A stretch of DNA of 64,000 bases from Chrysomallon squamiferum (taxonomy: Eukaryota; Animalia; Mollusca). Below, piece by piece: positions 23,395-33,782 of the stretch. The DNA lies in assembly GCA_012295275.1 (NCBI GenBank), contig CM022670.1, positions 19,158,001 through 19,222,000 of the forward strand, given 5' to 3'. The notes beneath the pieces are model-generated. The model made no database searches. It was not told the origin of the DNA and saw only the letters and a program-made list of their open reading frames with translations. The position numbers and the translations under genes are program-made. Within the stretch, counting starts at the first letter, position 1, and the number at the start of each line of letters is the position of its first letter.

Positions 23395-23783
23395 GCAATA
23401 GATATATGCAAGATTTTATTGCATACTCAATTAGTATTAATTTCAATTTTTTTGCAGGATTTCAAGTGTTTTATAATTAATCCTGATTTGAAATTCTTGT
23501 TGATCATTTTAGGATACCCTACTGAACAAAAACCAGTGTTCACTATAATGCATCGCATTCTAGCAGGAGTTACGGCCCTTATTTTGATTTCCTTTATCAT
23601 TGCCATGGTAATGATATTCTGTGTTCGTCATTACAGGCTTTCAAGGACTAACATTCTAGAGTTTTCCACAGCTGGTAATGACTGTGTATGGAGGAAACCA
23701 TGTTATAAACAATTTATAATAATAAACTGTTTTCATTCCATCCAGTGATTTGTTCAGATGGATTTATAGCAGTGTTGAATTAG
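21045..23783 (+). CDS. Small single-CUB-domain type-I transmembrane protein; exons 21045-21099, 21796-21886, 22547-22671, 23115-23276, 23513-23674, 23758-23783 (or read-through of exon 5 to the stop at 23748)
   Basis: Spliced: MLQEGMYLMVIFLIRNGL-GNECTNLSETVLATEIPQNVTSPNFPKKYP-RTTSCVWVVKS...SFSLFLSAHCYADYLEVRD-GSYRLHPKIIKWCGNKP...HFTFQAVSFGDDANGFFLQFWAEH...-ILAGVTALILISFIIAMVMIFCV-RHYR. CUB hallmarks are SPNFPxxYP, CxW, CxxDYLEVRDG, CG and GF. GT-AG phases are consistent. The first and last exons are less certain; a probable 5'UTR exon donor aag|gtaagt lies at 20703. Confidence 0.88.
21796..21886 (+). CDS. CUB-TM gene exon: CUB N-part
   Basis: NECTNLSETVLATEIPQNVTSPNFPKKYP |gtatta. Confidence 0.88.
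22547..22671 (+). CDS. CUB-TM gene exon: CUB middle
   Basis: TTSCVWVVKSKQKDSIIKFKILSFSLFLSAHCYADYLEVRD |gtatgt. Confidence 0.9.
23115..23276 (+). CDS. CUB-TM gene exon: CUB C-part
   Basis: SYRLHPKIIKWCGNKPASKIYKTTEGEAHFTFQAVSFGDDANGFFLQFWAEHS |gtaagt. Confidence 0.9.
23331..23394. repeat. (ATT)n microsatellite
   Basis: About 21 pure TAT units in a CUB-gene intron. Confidence 0.95.
23513..23674 (+). CDS. CUB-TM gene exon: transmembrane helix and short cytoplasmic tail
   Basis: YPTEQKPVFTIMHRILAGVTALILISFIIAMVMIFCVRHYRLSRTNILEFSTA |gtaatg. Confidence 0.85.
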
Positions 23784-24524
23784 TTTAATTTATAATTTAT
23801 TTTATTATTTTAATTATATAAATTAAAATAAAAAAAAAAAATTTAAAAAATGAAGAAAAATAAAGAAAAGAAAAAGGATATATCACAATCTGTAAGCAGT
23901 TAGATCACAGATTGTTGATATAACAAAATTAAATGTGTCAGTATATATAAATAATTAAAATTTTCAACTGAAATAAGTATTGGAATTCAGAAAATGATGA
24001 AGCTATTACTTTAGAAAATCCATTTAAAAAAAAAAGGTGTAAACTGACATAAGGTTGAATAATAAATGTTTTAAATATCTAGCTTTCTGTTATATTGCAT
24101 AAGTGTTAATTTAAGTTTTTTTTTAATGAAACCAGATGTTTGTATGAGTTAGACAGGATCTATTTAACAATATGTATTTTATCTAACTTATGATATAGTA
24201 TTATCTATGATTATGAATTAGATAGTACAACTTGATGAATGCTGAATATCAAGATCTGCATTGTGATATAATCAGCATAACATCATAAAATCACTGATAT
24301 TTATAGTCATTTTCTCTGTGACCATATTCAATTCAGATACACCAATTGCTTTTAATAAAAAAAAATGTTTAGCATTATTTTTCAAGTGTTTTTATTTCTT
24401 AAAATTCATTAACTTTATAAATTCCACTGAAAGCAGCTTATATTCACATATTCATTAAGGAACAATTAAGTAATATCAGATGAAACATAAATAAATATAC
24501 ATTATAGAAAATAAAATAAAAACT

Positions 24525-27500
24525 ATTTACAGTATTTCATTTTTTATTTGGCATAAAATTATCATGTACAAAAATGTTCATTCAATATATATATATATAA
24601 TTATAATAATTACAAAGGGTGTAATGATTTGATAAAATCTCTGACTTCTGTGAGATGATGTAATTTCTAAAATAATAAAGAAACACACACAAAAAAATAA
24701 AAATGATGATGTTCTTTGGTGAACTTGCATAGTGTTTAAGGCCATTTTGTACATACTGGCACACACTATCAATAATGAAATAAAATTAAAACAATTTATT
24801 CAGATATCTGTATTTAAATTAATGCTAACAAATTTTCTCTATTTCAAGTTAAAAGAATTTATAACAAACTAATGACATCATATTGCAAAGTACCTTTAGT
24901 AATGAAGTGTATTTACTGTACGTTTTCATAATACGTTCTGTTTCATATGATATATTGTATATGTTATTTTTAATAAAGTCCACTTCAGCTTTGTTGTGCT
25001 TGTTATTAGCTAGTTATTATAATGTAATTTTCTATGAACCGAAGATTGTGTTAACATACATTATTAATTTTATAACATGTATTACTGGCCACTTAACAAC
25101 TGTAATGTGTTACTCAGAATATTTTTCTGCAAGAATCTATTTGCAATCAAAAAATAATTAAAGGAAAATATTTTTAAAATATGTGCTAAGAACATTTGAA
25201 ACAAACATTTTTCTATCTTTTTCTTAAGGACCAAATTATTATATTTGTTTTTATAATTTATATATACTTAAACAATTTTAATGTTTATGTAAATTCACAT
25301 TACCATACTGATTGCTGATTAGTTTTACACATAAAGACTTCTTTCCTAAACACTTGCATAGTTTGTTATTTGTGCTGCATGCCATAACAATGGCAACATT
25401 CCATATTATCAGATTTATTTTAAAATGTATTTTCAGTAATTTATCATTATTAACAGAGAAATAAAATATTCTTCAGAAACTACTAAACACAGTTTAATCA
25501 AAAGTTATTATTCTCTTAATAGTAAATGTTTATTTCTTTTACAAAATGATTATAAAACATGTAACAAGAACAATATAAACTGCCCTTTTTGCTTTGGCAA
25601 CACAACACAAAATAATCACATAAATAATACATATTTTGGAATGTAAAATGAAAAAAAGCTGTTTTTTAAAGGTGTTAATGTAATTCTATTTGACTTCAAA
25701 GATTTACTGACATGATGATGTATAAAAAGTAGTAGTTTGTTTGCTTTTTCATCATAAATGAATATATATAATAAGGAACCATTGAGACAAAATGTGTATC
25801 ATTTTAAAAAATTAGATATAATGGCACATATTAATGTACCAAGTGGCAAGATGGGCTGTATTTTTCTTTTCTAAACAAACTTCTTCAGTTCAATTTAAAT
25901 TTAAGAATAATAATAATGATAATAATGCATTCTCACAAGAATCAAATACAAGTTATGACAAAAACCAAAATTACTATTATTGCTGCCTACTTGCATTGAA
26001 TGAAATGATATGAACTGTGACCTGTTTGTTCTTTTTAAAACATTTGCATAGGTATGATTGGAGAGTTCTACTAAGGGAGATAAGCAGTGAAAAATAATTG
26101 AGTATGAATTAATAAATCAATAATTACTTTTTTGTTATTGTTTGTTTTTGTCATAACTTGTACATAAAGAAGTTATATAAATAATGGTTTCTTCTTCAGA
26201 TTCAAGAAACAGAACACACACAAAATATTTTTGTCAAATACAAAATAAAACAGAACGATTAACAAATTAATCAAATTACAAATAAATTTCTGATAGCCTC
26301 TATATGTTAGATAATAAAATAAAAACCTGTAAATGATTTTATTTGTTACTGAATTTAAAGAATGTAAATTTTGATGTTAAACTATAAATTAAAAACACTT
26401 TAAGGTAAAACAAATTATGAAATCTACACATTTTTAATAGAAAAGAAAAGTTAATTTCAACACACAAACACACACACACACAAACACACATACATAATCA
26501 AAGGCTTGGCATATCTTTTAAGTTGAAATCAGTTTTTCTTTTCTATTAAATAACATTTTATAATGTCATTTACAAAGATAAATTATTGATAAATGGTAAT
26601 GTTCTTAACAAGACCACCCAGTTACGCATGATTTTCATAAAATATTGTTAATAAATAAAAGATACATAAATTGTGTACAACACTGGTGTATTTAATTTCT
26701 ATGACTTCTATGTAGTTTATCTTTGCAGCAAACAGTGCTTGTGTCACTAACTATAATATATTGTAATTAACTGTCACATAAAAAGCTAAATTCTCTGTAT
26801 TAGTTTCTTAATAAAAAATAGATCCTAATAGATAAAATAACACTTCTTAAACAGTATAAAAATAAATAAATAATAGCTAGACTGTCATTTTAATTTTTAA
26901 CATCTGTATGTGATTGTGTGGATTACAAATACACCCATACACATACACAAACACAAACATACAAAATTTGGTAAAGGTTACAAATGGATTGAAAAATGAG
27001 AGCAAAAGCTATTGAATATAGATGTTTCAAAAATACAAAATATATAAAACAGGAAAAACAAATTAACATTCTTCATGAATAAACTTGATGACTATTAACT
27101 CAACAGTCTGATAGTGACATAATTTACTATTGCTACAAACATGATGCTGTTTAATTAGAAAAAGTACATTCTGTATAAAGTAGTAGTGGTTGAATTTACA
27201 GTGTTAAAAAAGGAGGTGATAACAGCATAATGAAGCTTTGATTTGACTTCACTTTACCTAAGATTATAAGTTTTAGAAAGAAATAAAACAAGAAAAAGTT
27301 GAGATAAATCTTTTAAACATGTAATATTAATTGCATTTACAAAAAAAAAAAAATTTCTCATGTTTTTAAAAATGTAGAATGAGTAATCTTTTTTTAATGT
27401 AAAAATCAAAAAAATCACACAACTGTATCATTTATAAAGCTTAAGCATAAATAATAAAACACAGTCTTAAAACTATATACATCAACAATTAAAAATGTAA

Positions 27501-28035
27501 ATATAAAATTCATAATGTACACTACTGATAAAATTTATTTTACAGTTAAAACATGAGGTATGTTTTGCTTCTTGCAATTTATTTGATATTTAATAATCTC
27601 ATTGAGATGGCTGCAGTCAAGTTTAATCTTGAGCAGATTTTGAAATGTCATTGGGTATATTGTCTCATATGAGTGGAAAACATTGTTTAGAAGATATTAT
27701 ATAAATCTGAAACACAAAATCCTATTTGAATATTTGTAAAGCAAATTAATATATTTCTTTTTAATTTAATTATCTTTTTCAGAAATACACTTTTACTAAA
27801 TGGTCACTGGACATTCATACATAAATTAATGTAACTGTATGACATGCTAATAAATTACTGAATTTGAGATTTGATATATAGCTTTAAAAAATGTGTGGGC
27901 CTTTTCTGGCAATAGTAAAAATAAGAAAAATAGTAATAAAAACTAAATGATTATTCTGTTTCTGGAGACACAAAAAATCTGATAACATGACAAAATTAAT
28001 GATATGTAATTAGAGACTTTGTTTAAAAACTATTA
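24525..28035 (-). other. Probable Fat4 3'UTR (about 3.5 kb)
   Basis: U-rich on the minus strand; minus-strand AATAAA near 24543-24548 followed by U-rich sequence. The end is inferred, not proven. Confidence 0.4.
25947..26162. repeat. Perfect 19-bp inverted repeat with 178-nt spacer (MITE-like or RNA stem)
   Basis: TACAAGTTATGACAAAAAC (25947-25965) is the exact reverse complement of GTTTTTGTCATAACTTGTA (26144-26162). Confidence 0.8.
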
Positions 28036-29720
28036 TCACACATATTCTTCATAATCATTTCCCGGACTGTCATCTAAAGTTTGAGTTGTATTGTCTGGAA
28101 GTAAAGCTATATCATGAAACACACCAACTAGTTTATCAAAGTTAGGACCCCAGTTCAACAGAGTATCAAAATTGAAAGCTCCATTTGGAATTTTCCCTGT
28201 GTCTAATGCACTGTCCCCTGATACAACAGTACTTGTAAAGGAATCACCATTAGAATCCATCCCATCTGATCTTGGAGGGCGTTTCTGAGGTGAATCATCA
28301 TTTTCATTTTCAACCTCAGTTAGTTTTGAAAAAATCATGGTTCCAGGATCAAAATCAGAACGAGTTTTGTGTTCAGGTTCAAACTCAAATTCTGAACAAG
28401 TAAAAGAGTCATTTGCTCCACTGTCCTCTGAACTAGATTCTGGAGGTTCCAGCAACATGTGGTTGTGTTCAACTACAGGTTTCATTTTTTGTCGACGCAT
28501 TCTATCATCACTGGATGATGACACTGCTTCAAGCATGCTCACTGGACTCTTGCGATCAGGTCGAGCATTTAGTCGATTAATTTCTTCCACTGTGAGACCT
28601 TTTGTTGAAAATGGTTTCCGAGGTGTTTTTGCTGGCTTTGGAGGCTGTCCATTGGGAATTCTGGTAGCAGATGAACTAGAACTTGAATGACTGTGATGAC
28701 TGCCTAAAGAACGCTGAGAATTATTATGATGAATATTCTGAAGTGGTGTATTTCTCTTGTTCAGCTGGGCTAATGGACTATGCATCATTGGACTGTGATG
28801 AATCACAGGCTGAACAGAACTTGGTCTTTTGATATTACCTGCCATTGGTGGACTCTGATGGGCAGGCATGGACACTGCTGACCCGTCGTAAGATCCGGGA
28901 CCTAATTTAGGATAACCATTCATTTTATAAGCACCTGGGCTTTCTCTAGAAAGAGCAGATCCTGAGCTGCTGTGATCTACACGAGAATGAGCTAAACAAG
29001 ATTTTTGATGTTGTGATAAATGTTGATTACTTTTTTGTTTTGACTCTTTGCCACTGCGATAGTGTTTATAATGCAGTGAAACATCAATATCTGATGGAGC
29101 TATACTGCTGGCATTTTCTAAATCATAATGTTCTGGCATATTTTCATCTAATGGTCTCATTTGCCTGGGTTCTATTACCACAGTGCCATCATCAAACTGC
29201 ATGGACCTGCCAATCACATTTGAACCAATAAGATCAGGTCTTACAGAAAGTCCTGTAGATTTTTGTAACATCAATCCATCACTGATGTGACTCTGAATAA
29301 ACATTTCTTCGATGTTCCCATTTTCACCATAACCTGAATCATGAGCATCTTGTGACCCACTCAGACTTCTGCTGCCCAAATTTCCGTTTGCCTTTACTTC
29401 CTTCTTCACACAGATTTTTCGACACAGATCTCGACTCCTTCTCCACACTATGAACACTATAATGATTGCCACAATCAGAACTGCAAAGAAAACAATTACA
29501 ATGATGATTCCAATTTCAAGGCCTCCACCACCACCAACACACATGAATATTTCACCATGTACAGTGCATGTCTGGCCATCTCCACATGGATTGTTAGAGC
29601 ACAGAGCTTTGCAGCCAGACTGCACTCCTTCACTCATTGTTATTTCATATCTCTCTGTGAGACCACTAAATGGTAGTTTGGTGTTGTCCAGGAGAAACTC
29701 AGAAATGCATCCAGAGAAGC
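28036..29720 (-). CDS. FAT4: Fat4 last exon (end of LamG2, EGF, TM, entire intracellular domain)
   Basis: FSGCISEFLLD... continuous with ORF 28036..29637, ending PGNDYEEYV*. Confidence 0.96.
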
Positions 29721-32700
29721 CTGGAAAATGTGAGAAAAAAAAGTGAAAAAAAGTGAAAAAAAAGATAAAAAAAACAACTTAAGTGTTGTTTCTAAAAAGT
29801 TATTTTATAATAGCAAATTGAAAAAAAAAAAAAAATAAAAAAATTAAAAAAAATATATATATATATAGCTTTATTCTTTTTTTTCTTAAATATTTTAAAT
29901 GAAAAAACTTAATTTCTAAATCTTATGTTGATATATATATGGTATTATGAACTTTACATTTTTATTTCTTAATTTGTACAGTATTATGTTGTCAAATACA
30001 ATTTTTCATCAATTAATTCTGAAAATTTTACCGGCCACAGTATTTCCAGAAGGCACTACTCTTGCACCATTAAGAGCCATTTCTTTAACTTCCAGAGAAG
30101 AGAAACTGTAACTCTCGCCGAAGTCTTTAAATTCGGAATCTTTGCCATCGACATTGACAACAAAAATACTGCCACTGACGGTCACTGTGACATTATGCCA
30201 CTTGCCATCTGCAACATCTACAGCAGCAGCTTCAAGAGGGTCATTGACAGCACTGGGTGGTGTGAGAACAAACTTCACTTTTCCTGATTTTATCTGTGAA
30301 ATTAAAAAGAATAAAATTTAAAAATAATTAAATACTTACAATTATTTAAAAATATACAGCCACTATTATAAAAGTTGTCACCTTTTGATAATTTTAATAA
30401 TAAATCCAGAATATACAATGTTTCTATAAATAAATTCATTTTTTTTTTAAATTATTAAATTAATTGTAATTTAAAAAATACTGTCTATTCAATATATATA
30501 ATTTATATACTGTTCTGTTGTTAATTTTTTGTAAAATAATACTGTGACAAATTAATCAAATAAAAATTGATGATATTTAAATAACATATTACAACAAAAC
30601 AAACAAACATACCCAAAGAACACATTTTGTGTTTTGTGTTGCTGAGTAGAACAATGCCCCCTCTGTAGTTGTAGTCAGAAATCTCAACTTGATGCTTGAG
30701 CTCTGTCCAGCTCGACGTTGTCTGCCACTACTTTTGGATACAAGTTGATCACGTTTGTAACTCTCCCTCAGTTTGAATTTCACTGTAGAATCTTTGTCAA
30801 ATCCAAAAGGTTCCCATTCTGAAGTGAGCATTATGGCGAACAGTTGTTAGAGTTATTTCCCTTAGACCATTATATTTAACATCATACTAAAGTAATTTTA
30901 TACAATAATAAAATAATCATATTTGACAAATATATATATATATATATATAGATATATATATATAAAAATATCTTTTCTTAATTAACTGAATAACCTGGTA
31001 CAGTAATAAATTAATCTGATAAAATAATAAAGCTATCAGACACAATATAAAAATAATCAGATAAAGTAAAAAAGCATAAATACCTTGTTCACAGTGTCGT
31101 CCCATATACTTGTTAGAACAGGAACACCTGGCAGAGGACCACTCATCAGAACATGTTCCACCATTCTGACAGAGTCCTGCAGAACAGGAACCTTGAGGAC
31201 TTTTCCTCACACATGATGTCATGACACCTCTGATGTCACTGGCTGTGGATGTATCCAACATGTCAAGGCCATTAACAGTGAAACTGTGCAAGCAGCCAAC
31301 AAAATCATGAGCAGAAAGATCACCTCCATATTGTAAGATATCATTAATGTCCTTGATCCCTCCAATGCTGAGAGACTTACCTTTCAGGTTGTTGTTTCTG
31401 TAAAAATGATAAACATTTGTTTAAATTATTGTTTATAAAGTAAAATCAGCTAATAAAATAATTAATGGATGTTAAATATGTTTAATATGAGTATTTAAAA
31501 AATTAGAACAAATTCTGAAATTCATGAATTTATTTCATTTTCTAAATATATAGATAACACATGAAACTCGTTCTAACACTTTTATACAGATATCTCAATA
31601 GTTTGGCTTACACAAAAAAAAAAAAATTCCCATCATTGCACAAACTATGAGATATAGATGTACATATATTGTTCACACATGTACATATTTAGTCATACAG
31701 ACAGACATGGAAGGAACAAATGTTTTATTTGATTACAAACTTCTTATTTCTAGGTTGTATTGTGCTATGAACATGATTAAGGACCAAAAAGACATGGAAA
31801 ATTAAAACCTTTTAGCACCACGATGTGAACTACAGTGGTACCTTGATTTATGAGTTTAATTCGTTCCATGACTGAGCTTGTAACTCAATTTGCTCATATA
31901 TCAAATCAATTTTCCCAACTGAAATTAACTGAAATACCATTAATCCATTCCAGCCCCCCAAAACCATCCCAATTTTTGTAACATGTTTTAAATAAGAAAA
32001 AGTGTGCTTCTACTGTTTAGCCAAGTTGACTACATGCACACCTCCCTCATGTTTATCTATGATTTCAAGCTTTATTTCAATGGACATCATCTACTTCTTC
32101 TTCTCAGCACTGTCCTTTGCACTCACTTTCTTTGCACTCAGAAAAAAGGAATTTGAAAAAATACTACACAAAACGTGATCACAACACAACAGAGATGCTT
32201 CAACAGCATAAACATTTGTTGTAAATGAGAGACAGGCGGGATGCTGGGCAGATGTTGTGTTGTCCGTTGCACCAACTAGCAGTGGCATATCTGAAGCTCG
32301 CTCTTAACTCAGATGCTTGAAAACTTTTAAGTTGGTGCACTCATAAATCAAGGTAAATTGAGGTACTTTGTTTTGGATTCACAATATTTACTTGCCTAAC
32401 CATATTATGAATATATTTTTTTATGAAAACTGCTTAGGAAAAATACATCATTCCAAAAAAAAAAAAAAATATTCAGTACTTTACATTTAACTCTACAATA
32501 CAATTAATTTTTATTTATCTGCTGGAAAATGGCTATAAATTAACATTTTTTTTCTTCTCTCTTTTTTTTTTTTTCATGCTCTTAGGAATGCTGTTGAAAA
32601 AAGGTCAGAAAAAAGAGGAGAAATTCCTCCACACCATCTAACTAAACATGTTTAAGGAAGCTAATGTCCTTTTTCAAATACAAATAGGTGTTAAAATAAA

Positions 32701-33718
32701 CCATAAAAAGGCAATCTGTATTTGATGATAACAACAGCATTTGTTTTGTTGCAGTTATTTTCACAACAGAAATTATTGATAGACATAAAATGGAGTAAAA
32801 ATCAGTTAATGAAATTATTTAACATTACTTTATTATAAGCTATTAATCATACATTTTTCTTAAATAATAAAAATAATTTAATAATGAAGTGGAAACTGCT
32901 TCTGTTTCACCTGCTATTCTTTTAAATTACTCTAGTTTTTATTTTGAAATTATTTTAACAATAAACTTATTTTGTGAAATAAAGACAAGTAAAAAAACCA
33001 TCATTATGGACCAAAACACAGAATATTTTGTTCTCCATTTTGTGTAGATCATTATGACTTCTGCTAAAAATAACTTAATTGTTTGATGTCTGAACTTCAA
33101 ATCTCATCAGTTTTTAAGCCCAGACTGGTATTTCTAATTCTGTACTTTTTAAAAAAACTAAAAATTTTAGTATAGTATATAAAAGAACTTTTAAAAATGG
33201 TGTGTAAACGGATACCAACATAAAACATTTCTTGTAAAATATTTTATGATTAAAATCAAAATTCAAGCAGTAAATCATAGAGTTAGTGTTAAGACTTTAA
33301 GGCAGTATAACATGACATTTACAATGTAGCTTCATTGTGGGTTGCTGCATGGGACTGGAAAAGGTTTAATATACCTTTTTGAAGCATGTATGGTACAGAG
33401 AATAAGAAGTTTGAGTTTTATGTAATGTATTAGGTTGCAGTTATAGAAGTTTTTAAAACCAATACTGTTGTAATAATCTTAATGCCTCTTTAGTTAGCTT
33501 CTTATACAAACCACTGACTAGATGTAATGAAAGCTTCTAACAGACTTCTTTCTGTCTGATAGTTACATTTTACACAAATAAATACATATACCCATTTACA
33601 TAAAACACATATCAACAAATATACACATTAATATATCCATGTATCCATACAGATATATGTATATGTATATGTGTAGCACAGGCAATATGTAATTATAGAT
33701 AGGTATATGTAATAGTAA

Positions 33719-33782
<64 letters not shown>

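Noticed and set aside
24228-24300. C/D-box snoRNA-like arrangement (TGATGA...CTGA)
   Set aside because: Intergenic, no terminal stem and no recognisable rRNA complement; such words are common in AT-rich DNA.
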